Source: Phycisphaerae bacterium
Lineage (GTDB): Bacteria; Planctomycetota; Phycisphaerae; Phycisphaerales; SM1A02
Direction of reading: 5' to 3'
Length of the DNA: 64,000 nt
NCBI GenBank assembly: GCA_016873275.1
Contig: VGXO01000001.1
Coordinates: 61,678-125,677, forward strand
Every line of letters starts with the position of its first letter. The first letter of the stretch is position 1. The notes below the pieces were generated by a model. The model did not search any database. It saw only the letters and a list, made by a program, of their open reading frames with translations, and was not told the DNA's origin. Positions 56,907 to 64,000 of the stretch are shown here, one piece after another. Made by a program: the position numbers and the translations under genes.

Positions 56907-58144
56907 ACGCGCCCATGCTGACGTCGCTCCTCCTTCCGCTCGTCCTCGTGGCGGTCGAGGCGGTCGCGGCGGTCGTGCCCGGCGCAAGCAGGCAGGATCC
57001 ACCCCCCTCCGAGGTCGCCGAGGAGCCTCGCCGCGCCGAGGTCATCCTCCGCGACGGTCGCCGCGTGGCGGCGCTCCGCGCCTCGGTCTCGGCGGACGGT
57101 CGCGCGGTCGAGCTCGCGTCGGCGGATGGCGGTCGATCGCGCGTGGTGCCGGTCGAGGAGGTCGCGGCGATCCTCTTCTCGCCGGCGGGCGGCGCGCCAT
57201 CCGACGCGCCGGGCATGCTCGAGATGCAGGACGGGGAGCGCCTGCCCGGTCGACTCGAGCGCGCGGAGCAGGGCGTCGCGTGGGTGCATCCGTGGCTCGG
57301 GGCGATGCCGGTCGACCTCGATCGCGTCCGCCGCCTCGAGATCGAGCGCCTGCCGGGACCACGGCGAGGAGTCACCGGCAAGGACGCCGCGCCCGCCGAC
57401 GCGGACCTCGTCCTCCTCGCGAACGGCGACGCGGTCGCTGGACTCGTCGCGGAGGTCTCGATCGACGTGCTCGTCGAGCCGCTCGACGGCGGCGAGCCGC
57501 GGCGGGTGCCGCTCGAGCGGGTGCGATCGATCGAGCTCGCTAGGCGTCCGGCGGCGCCGGGGACGATCCGCCTCTGGACCGCCGACGGCACGGTGCTCGA
57601 CGCGGAGTCGCTGCGGGCGAGCGGTCGCGACCTCCTTGCCCTCCGCCGCGAGGGAGCCAGCGACGCGAGCACGCGGGAGACGACGCTCTTCCTCCGCGAG
57701 ATCGACGCGGTCGCGTGGCGACCCGCCTCGATCCTCTCGCTCGCGTCACGACCGGTCGAGGTCTCGGCGCTTGCCGCCGAGGACTCGCGCTCGCCGCGAT
57801 CATGGCTCCCCGGTCCCCGGATCGGAATGGACGGCGCCCTCGACGCGCCCCCGATCGAGCTCTCGGGTCCCGCACGGTTCGCCTTCACGGTGCCTGCCGG
57901 CTCGGTGCTGTCGGCGGTCGCGCTCCTTCCCGAGCCGATGCGGCGCTTCGGCGACCTCGAGCTCGTCGCGTTCGACGATGGACGCGAGGTCCTTCGGCGC
58001 CGATTCTCCGGGTCGGATCCAAGCGCCGAGCTCATCGTGCCCTGCGCGAGCGGCGTCCTCGTCCTCGAGCTCCGCGAGGGTCGCCACGGTCCGGTGCAGG
58101 ACGTGCTGCGGCTCTTGGGCGCGGTGGTGGTGCTTCGGCGCTGA
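56903..58144 (+). CDS. hypothetical exported protein
   Basis: ATGA overlap with the previous gene. Signal-like MNAPMLTSLLLPLVLVAVEAVAA. No family recognised. Confidence 0.55.
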   Translation: MNAPMLTSLLLPLVLVAVEAVAAVVPGASRQDPPPSEVAEEPRRAEVILRDGRRVAALRASVSADGRAVELASADGGRSRVVPVEEVAAILFSPAGGAPSDAPGMLEMQDGERLPGRLERAEQGVAWVHPWLGAMPVDLDRVRRLEIERLPGPRRGVTGKDAAPADADLVLLANGDAVAGLVAEVSIDVLVEPLDGGEPRRVPLERVRSIELARRPAAPGTIRLWTADGTVLDAESLRASGRDLLALRREGASDASTRETTLFLREIDAVAWRPASILSLASRPVEVSALAAEDSRSPRSWLPGPRIGMDGALDAPPIELSGPARFAFTVPAGSVLSAVALLPEPMRRFGDLELVAFDDGREVLRRRFSGSDPSAELIVPCASGVLVLELREGRHGPVQDVLRLLGAVVVLRR

Positions 58145-58199
58145 GTCGGGACCGCGGCGGGCGTTCATCGCCACAGGTCTTGATCAGGACGGGTCGTGA

Positions 58200-60878
58200 T
58201 CACGGCATCCATTCGAGCGCCTCCCATCCGCCGCGATGGCGCTCGAGGCGAAGGAGCAGGGGACCGGACGCGCGGAGCGCGACGACCGCGCGGAGCGCCC
58301 CGTGCTCGGCGGTCGACGGCGGCGTCGGGCAGGATCGCGCGGCGAGCCCGGCGGCGAGGCGGTCGTCGAGGAGCCGCCGCGTCGAGCAGGAGCGGAGCCA
58401 GAGCGTCTCCCGCCACGACGCGAGCAGCTCGACCGCGTGGAGGTCGGCGGCGCCGTGATGGGGCACCTCCGCGACGAGCGGCTCCCCTCCGATCTCGATG
58501 GCGACGTCGTCGAGCCTCGGTCCGCCGAGGTCGCCGAAGGTGGCGAGGATCGCCCGTCCGCCGCGCGGATCCTCGAGGAGAAGCGCGAGCGACGCGTCGT
58601 TCGTCGCGATCGTCCGATCGCCTGGCGATGGTGCCATGACCCTCGCGCGGAGCCCGAGCGGTCTCGGCGGGAAGCCGGCGTCGGCGCGACCGATCTCGTC
58701 GCCCGCGGCGGCGATCATCACGGGGACGCCGCGACGCCGCGCCTCGGCGATGAGCAGCCGCTCGGACCTCGCCGCGTCGAGTCTTGCCCGCCGCGCCGTC
58801 TCCTCGCCCACGACGAGGAGGTCGGTCGGGATCCCGCCGAGCACCTCCGCGGCGCCGGAGAAGTGATCGAGGTCCGGATGGCTGACGACGAGCGCCTCGA
58901 GCCTGCGGATCCCGAGGGACCGACACGCCCGCACGATCATCGAGCCGGCTCGGGCGTCCCCGCCGCTGCCGCAGTCGATGAGGATCGCCGCCTGACCGCG
59001 GGCGACCGCGATCGCGGTGCCGTCGCCGACCGAGAGCGCGACGATCGCCACCTCGTCGGGTCGGCTCGACCATGGTGCCGGGATCATCAGCGCCGTGGTC
59101 GACGACGCGGCAGCGAGCAGCGAGAGCCGGGCGAGGAGGAGTGGTCGCCGCGGAATCCTCGCGTCTCCCCGCTCGCGCGGCGCCGAGAGCCACCATGCTC
59201 CCGCGAGGAGGAGCGCGACGCAGGACGCCGCGGGAGGCGCTGGTCCGGCGAGGTGGGACCCCGGCAGGCGCTCGGCGCACGCCGCGACCGCGATCATGAG
59301 CCGCGCGGCAAGGTCGAGGATCGAGCCCACGACGGGGGCAAGCCCCGGCGCGACGAGCGATGCGGGAAGACCCGCGGCCGCGGTCACGATCGCCGCCGCG
59401 GCGAGCGGGGAGGCGAGGATCGTCGCGGGCACGCCGAGGAGCGCCGCCTGCCCGAAGTGACCAAGCGCAATCGGCGTCGAGATGAGCCATGCCGCGGTCG
59501 AGGCGACGAGGGCGCCACCTCCCGTGCTCCGCAGGAGCGAAGCGGCATCGCCGAGGTCGCGGCGCGAGGGCAGCCAGCGGCGGCGGAGCCGAGGCGCGAG
59601 CTCCTCGAGCGCGACGACCGCGGCGAAGGAGAGCTGGAACGCGGCGCCCCGCGCCTCGCCCGGGGCGACCGCGAGCACGAGGATCGCCGCGAGCGCCGTC
59701 GCCGCGCGGGGGTCCCAGCGCCGCCCCAGCACCACGGCGAGCCCGATGATCGATGCCGCGAGCGCCGCCCGCAGCACCGGCACCGCCGGAGGAAGGACGA
59801 GGAGGTAGAGAAGGACCGCGGCGACCGCGGTCATCGCCCGCCGCGACGCCCGAGCCCCGACGAGCCCGGCGGCGGCGGAGGCGAGCGAGGCGATCACCGC
59901 GAGGTTGAAGCCGGAGATCGCGAGGAGATGCGCGAGTCCTGCCGCGGTGAACTGCTCGCGCACGCCTCGAAAGGACGCCGCCGAGCGCTCGCCGAGGAGG
60001 AGCGCCGCGAGGAGGTCCCGCCGTGCCGCGGCGCCCGGATCCGGATCCGCCCCGAGGGCGCTGCGGAGCGACTCCGATCCCGCCCCGCGAAGCCGCTCGC
60101 GCAGGCGCTCGAGGATCGGAGGCGTCGCGTCGTCGAGGGGTCGGAGGAGGCGACGATCGGCGACGACGAGGACGCCGAGACGCGGCGGCTCGAGCCGACC
60201 ACCGCCCGAGACGGATCGACCTGGATTCGGCGCCGGTCGTGGTCCGAGGAGGATCCCTCGCGCCTCGATCCTCGCGCCGACCGACGCGGGAATCGCGCTC
60301 GAGGGAAGGCGCACGTCGATTCGTCCATGGGCATCGACGGCGGGCATGCCGACGCCCGCGATCGACTCGACGTCGATCGAGAGGAGGATCGATCGGGTCC
60401 GCGGCAAGCGCTCCGCGAGGAGGTCGCCGCCGCCGTCGGCGCGCGGCGGCGCCGCGATCCGTCCGACGACCGTCGCCGGTCGCGGCGGACCCATGGCGAC
60501 GACCCGCGCGGCGAGGTCCTCGCGCACGCGGAGGTCCGCCCAGCCGGCGGCGAGGAGCACGACGGAGGCGAGCACGAGGATCGCGCGGCGGATCCCGTCG
60601 TGGCGCCTTCCCGCGAGGATCGAGAGGAGCGCGGCGACCGCGGCGGCGGCGAGCCAGGCTTGGTGCGGCGGACCGGCGGACGCCTCCGCGAGGGCACCGC
60701 GCATGCCGAGCGGACCATCCTCGATGGCGCCGCCCGTGCCGAGGACGGCGCCGGTCCACGCCGCGAGCGCGATCCACGTCGCGCGCGGCGGCGGGAGCGG
60801 GGGCTCCTCGGTGGATCGGTCGGGGTCCTCGTCGACCGCGTCGGCAAGGCGGGCGATCGCGCGTCGATCGGTCCTCAC
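58200..60878 (-). CDS. comEC: ComEC/Rec2 DNA internalization protein with C-terminal MBL domain
   Basis: 892 aa from a GTG start. ...LAHLLAISGFNLAVI... competence-domain signature, multiple TM helices, and a C-terminal ...ALSVGDGTAIAV...LIDCGSG...VVSHPDLDH. Confidence 0.9.
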   Translation of the reverse strand: MRTDRRAIARLADAVDEDPDRSTEEPPLPPPRATWIALAAWTGAVLGTGGAIEDGPLGMRGALAEASAGPPHQAWLAAAAVAALLSILAGRRHDGIRRAILVLASVVLLAAGWADLRVREDLAARVVAMGPPRPATVVGRIAAPPRADGGGDLLAERLPRTRSILLSIDVESIAGVGMPAVDAHGRIDVRLPSSAIPASVGARIEARGILLGPRPAPNPGRSVSGGGRLEPPRLGVLVVADRRLLRPLDDATPPILERLRERLRGAGSESLRSALGADPDPGAAARRDLLAALLLGERSAASFRGVREQFTAAGLAHLLAISGFNLAVIASLASAAAGLVGARASRRAMTAVAAVLLYLLVLPPAVPVLRAALAASIIGLAVVLGRRWDPRAATALAAILVLAVAPGEARGAAFQLSFAAVVALEELAPRLRRRWLPSRRDLGDAASLLRSTGGGALVASTAAWLISTPIALGHFGQAALLGVPATILASPLAAAAIVTAAAGLPASLVAPGLAPVVGSILDLAARLMIAVAACAERLPGSHLAGPAPPAASCVALLLAGAWWLSAPRERGDARIPRRPLLLARLSLLAAASSTTALMIPAPWSSRPDEVAIVALSVGDGTAIAVARGQAAILIDCGSGGDARAGSMIVRACRSLGIRRLEALVVSHPDLDHFSGAAEVLGGIPTDLLVVGEETARRARLDAARSERLLIAEARRRGVPVMIAAAGDEIGRADAGFPPRPLGLRARVMAPSPGDRTIATNDASLALLLEDPRGGRAILATFGDLGGPRLDDVAIEIGGEPLVAEVPHHGAADLHAVELLASWRETLWLRSCSTRRLLDDRLAAGLAARSCPTPPSTAEHGALRAVVALRASGPLLLRLERHRGGWEALEWMP

Positions 60879-60990
60879 GCGGCGAGGCTACGGGCGCGTC
60901 GCGGGCGATCCCGGGATCGAGGCGGAAGTTCCGAGGGGCGGCGGTCCGGCGGCGTCCGGACGACGGATTGAGCCGACTGCGGGACCGACC

Positions 60991-61800
60991 TCAGCCGAGC
61001 GCGAGGCGACCACCGTCGACGGGCAGGTTCACGCCGGTGAGGTAGCTCGCCGCGGGCGAGGCGAGGAACGCGGCGACGCGGGCGATCTCCTCGGGCTCGG
61101 CGAAGCGCCGCATCGGCACGCCGCGGAGCGCGTCCTCCTCGACCTCGGCGACGCTCGAGCCACCGCGGCTTGCGCGACCCTTGAAGAGCGCCTCGAGCCG
61201 CGCGGTGCGGGTGAAGCCTGGCAGGATCGAGTTCACGGTGATCCCGAAGGGCGCGAGCTCGACCGCGAGCGTCCGCGCCCAGTTCGCGACGGCGCCGCGG
61301 ATCGTGTTCGAGACCCCGAGCCCGCGGATCGGCGTGACGACGGAGGTGGAGATCACGTTCACGACGCGGCCGTAGCGGCGCTCGCGCATCCCCGGGGCGA
61401 GCGCCTGCACCAGGATCTGCCCGCAGAGGAGGTGGTGCTCGAACGCCCGCGCGAAGTGGTCGGGCGACGCCTCGATCGCGGGACCGGCGGCGGGACCGCC
61501 GCCGTTGTGGACGAGGATCTCGACCGGTCCGCGCGAGGCGAGGAACGCGTGCACCTTGCCGCCGAGCGAGCGCCAGTCGTCGAGGTCCACCTCGAGCGAG
61601 GCGTGTCGCTGGGAGTCGGACCTCGGGAGCGCCTCGAGGGCACCGAGGGTCTTGGCGAGTCCGTCCGGGTTCCGACCCATCGCGACGACGCTCGCGCCGA
61701 GGCGGGCGAGCTCGAGGGCGATCGCCTTGCCGATTCCCTGCGTGGCGCCGCCGACGAGCGCGGTGCGTCGGGCGAGGGAGAAGTGGTTGGTCTCGCTCAT
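60991..61800 (-). CDS. short-chain dehydrogenase/reductase family protein
   Basis: Trimmed to MSETNHFSLARRTALVGGATQGIGKAIA (TGxxxGIG). ...GITVNSILPGF.... By my hand alignment the canonical YxxxK position reads SNTIR. Confidence 0.88.
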   Translation of the reverse strand: MSETNHFSLARRTALVGGATQGIGKAIALELARLGASVVAMGRNPDGLAKTLGALEALPRSDSQRHASLEVDLDDWRSLGGKVHAFLASRGPVEILVHNGGGPAAGPAIEASPDHFARAFEHHLLCGQILVQALAPGMRERRYGRVVNVISTSVVTPIRGLGVSNTIRGAVANWARTLAVELAPFGITVNSILPGFTRTARLEALFKGRASRGGSSVAEVEEDALRGVPMRRFAEPEEIARVAAFLASPAASYLTGVNLPVDGGRLALG

Positions 61801-61822
61801 GGCGTCGAGGGTAGCGGGAGGC

Positions 61823-62050
61823 GGCGCCTGCGGCCGCAGGCGCGGGGTTCGGGGGCTGGTGCTTCGGGAGTCTCGCGGGGCTATGGACACGGCGCGGGCG
61901 GCCGCAGGCGCGGGATTCGGGTGCTGGTGCTTCGGGAGTCTCGCGAGGCTTCGGACACGGCGCCTGCGGCCGCAGGCGCGGGGTTCGGGTGCTGGTGCTT
62001 CGGGAGTCTCGAGAGGCTTCGGATACGGCGCGGGTGGCCGCCGGGCCGAC
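61823..62050. repeat. 68-bp tandem repeat, 3 full copies plus a partial fourth; each copy starts with a GC palindrome around GCGGCCGC
   Basis: Copies start at 61823, 61891, 61959 and 62027. Copies 1 and 3 carry the perfect 20-bp palindrome GCGCCTGCGGCCGCAGGCGC. Confidence 0.85.
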
Positions 62051-62078
62051 CGTCGAGGTGCGCACACGGGCGTGGCCT

Positions 62079-62135
62079 GTGGACCCAGTAGACCTTGTGG
62101 ACCCAGTGGAGGTGGACGGCGTGTGGACGGTGGAC
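62079..62135. repeat. cluster of 5 GTGGAC hexamers, inverted relative to the downstream array
   Basis: gtggacccagtagaccttgtggacccagtggaggtggacggcgtgtggacggtggac. Anchored on the ORF 62095 start. Confidence 0.75.
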
Positions 62136-62164
62136 GTTGGTGCGGCAGGCTGGCGACGTTCGGA

Positions 62165-62885
62165 CGCGGCGCCTGCGGCCGCAGGCACTGGATTCCTGTT
62201 GCCGTGCTACGGCAGTCTTGCGTGACTCCGGAAGCCCGTGCTTCGGAAGGCATCCATCACCCAGGTGCAGCGCTTCGCCCACCCAGTTGTCCACCGGGTC
62301 CACTGGGTCCACCGGGTCCACGTCCACCGATCCGAAGTCCCATGACGACGGAAGGCGCCCGCCACGCGAGCCCGTGCTTCGGAAGGCATCCGCCCGTCAC
62401 CGCAGCGCTTCGCCCACCCAGTTGTCTACTGGGTCCACTGGGTCCACCGGGTCCACGTCCACCGACCCGAAGTCCCATGACGACGGAAGGCGTCCGCCGC
62501 GCGAGCCTGTGCGACGGAAGGTGTCCGCGACTCCGGCAGCCCGTTCTTCGGGGAGCGTCCATCATCCAGGTGCAGCGCTTCGCCCACCCAGTTGTCCACA
62601 AGGTCCACTGGGTCCACCGGGTCCACGTCCACCGATCCGAAGTCCCATGACGACGGAAGGCGCCCGCCACGCGAGGCTGTGCGACGGAAGGCATCCGCGA
62701 CTCCGGAAGCCCGTGCTTCGGAAGGCATCCATCATCCATGGTGCAGCGCTTCGCCCACCCAGTTGTCTACTGGGTCCACTGGGTCCACCGGGTCCACGTC
62801 CACCGACGAACACCACCACCGGGTCCACGTCCACCGATCCGAAGTCCCACGACGACGGAAGGCATCCGCCGCGCGAGACCCTCGC
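62165..62885. repeat. 135-171-bp tandem units (4 units plus a leading partial), each with 4-6 GTCCAC hexamers at 9-bp phasing and 3 CGGAAGGC motifs
   Basis: Unit starts (GCGCTTCGCCCACCCAGTTGTC...) at 62270, 62405, 62575 and 62746. The spacings are 135, 170 and 171 bp. Confidence 0.85.
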
Positions 62886-62904
62886 CTCCCACTACACTCG
62901 CCCC

Positions 62905-63324
62905 ATGCACGACGTCCACTCCTCCCGCGCGGCGGAGCCGGTGGGGCCGTTCCCGCACGCGAAGCGGGTCGGCGGTCTCCTCTTCCTCTCGGGGATCGGT
63001 CCGCGCCGCCGGGGCGAGAAGGCGATCCCGGGCGTCACGCTCGCCGTCGACGGCACCGTCGCCGCCTACGACTTCGAGGTCCAGTGCCGCGCGTGCATCG
63101 AGAACGTGCGGCTCGTGATGGAGGACGCGGGCGTCCCATTCGATCGCATCGTGGACGTCACCGCGTTCCTGACCGACATGAAGAAGGACTTCGCGGCGTT
63201 CAACCGGATCTACGGCGAGCACTTCGCCGGACCGGGTCGCCCCAACCCGACCCGCACCACCATCGAGGTCGGGAGCCTTCCCACCCCGATCGCGGTCGAG
63301 CTGAAGGTGATCGCGGCGGGCTGA
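62905..63324 (+). CDS. ridA: RidA/YjgF-family reactive-intermediate deaminase
   Basis: Trimmed to MHDVHSSRAAEPVGPFPHAKRVGGLLFLSG.... C-terminal ...PTRTTIEVGSLPTPIAVELKVIA. A TACACT hexamer lies 6 nt upstream of the ATG. Confidence 0.9.
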   Translation: MHDVHSSRAAEPVGPFPHAKRVGGLLFLSGIGPRRRGEKAIPGVTLAVDGTVAAYDFEVQCRACIENVRLVMEDAGVPFDRIVDVTAFLTDMKKDFAAFNRIYGEHFAGPGRPNPTRTTIEVGSLPTPIAVELKVIAAG

Positions 63325-63593
63325 GGCGGGTCGGGGGCGGTCCATCCGGCGCCTCAGCCGTTGCCGTCGGTGAGGCGCTGCACTAGTCTCGCTCGACCGG
63401 GGCGCGCGACCTCGTCTGGTCGCGGGAACCGGTGGAAGGACGACGCTTGAGCCGACCTGCTCCAGAGGAGTTCCGCGTCGACGAGGAGACCCGCCTCGAG
63501 GCGGCGACGGATCCCTCTCCAGGCGGCACCGTCTTCGGGTCCGAGGACGTGGAGGTCCCGCCGGCCGAGACGACCGGCGGAACGGTCGAGCCG

Positions 63594-64000
63594 ATGCCGA
63601 CCCCGCCGCCGCGTCCGCAGGACGCGCGGAGCGCGTCGCCTCGACGAACCGCCGAATCAGCGCCGCCGGTCCGTGACCGCATCGTCATCCTCGGACGCCG
63701 CAACGCCGGCAAGACCATCTTCCTCGCGCGGCTCTACGAGCGCCTCTGGAAGTCGACCGGCTCGATCCACATGCGGGCGCTCGACGGCAACGACCACCTC
63801 TTCTTCATGGAGTCGATCCGCGTGCTCGGCGACCGCGTGTGGCCGCCCGCCACCGGATCGAGCACCCGCGTCAGGCTCGAGGTCCTCCTCGACGGGCGAC
63901 CACGGACCCTCTGCTCGCTCGACTACTCCGGCGAGGTCTTCCGTCGGGCGTTCCTCGAGCAGGTCGAGGACGCGGATACCGCCGAGCTCCTCGATCATCT
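63594..64000 (+). CDS. P-loop GTPase-like protein, partial (continues beyond the window)
   Basis: Hand translation with the frame anchored on the antisense ORF 63657..63998: MPTPPPRPQDARSASPRRTAESAPPVRDRIVILGRRNAGKTIFLARLYERLW...LCSLDYSGEVFRRAF.... G1 motif GRRNAGKT and G3-like DYSGE. An in-frame TTG at 63447 would add an acidic N-terminal extension. Confidence 0.55.
   Translation, partial: MPTPPPRPQDARSASPRRTAESAPPVRDRIVILGRRNAGKTIFLARLYERLWKSTGSIHMRALDGNDHLFFMESIRVLGDRVWPPATGSSTRVRLEVLLDGRPRTLCSLDYSGEVFRRAFLEQVEDADTAELLDH

Noticed and set aside
58165-60971. 870-aa (minus) and 911-aa (plus) ORFs overlapping comEC
   Set aside because: The comEC frame (58200..60878) carries the competence and MBL signatures. 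The alternatives are low-complexity Arg/Gly/Pro frames.
61823-62885. CRISPR array
   Set aside because: The units are 68 bp and 135-171 bp and abut each other without unique spacers. The internal motifs are 9-bp phased, and no cas genes are nearby.
62095-62904. Repeat region as a long N-terminal extension of RidA (409-aa ORF) or as a repetitive protein on either strand
   Set aside because: The unit spacings of 135, 170 and 171 bp do not preserve the frame, and the same DNA unit is read in different frames in successive copies. The ridA body starts cleanly at MHDVHSS with a -10-like hexamer just upstream.
63660-63680. Apparent frameshift or stop between the acidic leader and the P-loop of the terminal GTPase-like gene
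   Set aside because: It came from my own one-base transcription slip. The antisense ORF-track entry 63657..63998 fixes the register and puts the ATG at 63594 in frame with the P-loop. A similar slip near 28560 was corrected in the same way.

Overview
This is a high-GC (about 70%) bacterial chromosomal window. The N-methylated pseudopilin with a DG tail, the MoxR/DUF58/BatA-type operon and the divergent EF-Tu suggest a Planctomycetota-like organism, but that is inference only.

Most of the window is housekeeping:
- **Glycan cluster (0.7-8.5 kb):** GDP-fucose genes gmd and fcl, an FkbM methyltransferase, several glycosyltransferases and an epimerase.
- **Core genes:** cysS, coaE and rho. Then tRNA-Thr, tuf, rpmG, tRNA-Trp, secE and nusG. 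Then ubiX, a Phd/PIN toxin-antitoxin pair, ppk2, proS, a UbiA/MqnP-like prenyltransferase, a CHAD protein and metG. Further on come metF, rex, recO, an Hpt plus receiver-GGDEF pair and dnaA.
- **Candidate oriC:** lies 3' of dnaA, followed by mutM.
- **Seven-gene operon (45.0-58.1 kb):** MoxR, DUF58, BatA-like and further genes, with tightly overlapping boundaries.
- **Remaining genes:** comEC, an SDR and ridA.

Three regions are not ordinary:
1. **Decayed integrative island (26.9-33.6 kb).** Cargo units (a nucleotidyltransferase (NTase) plus a winged-helix (wHTH) protein, an orphan abiEi, and an AAA_14/DUF4143 ATPase plus a helical protein) are each preceded by the same non-coding module. The module holds the 3' tail of a tyrosine integrase, a conserved palindromic box and two 23-bp direct repeats.
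2. **Nested repeat array (61.8-62.9 kb).** It fills the whole SDR/ridA divergent intergenic region (about 1.06 kb) and holds about 25 GTCCAC hexamers at 9-bp phasing.
3. **The dnaA-mutM spacer.** It carries two perfect TGTGGATAA boxes.

The window ends inside a P-loop GTPase-like gene.

No database search was run. Product names rest on motifs I recognise in the ORF-track translations. Coordinates of features not in the ORF track were read by eye and anchored to ORF-track frames, so they may be off by 1-2 nt.
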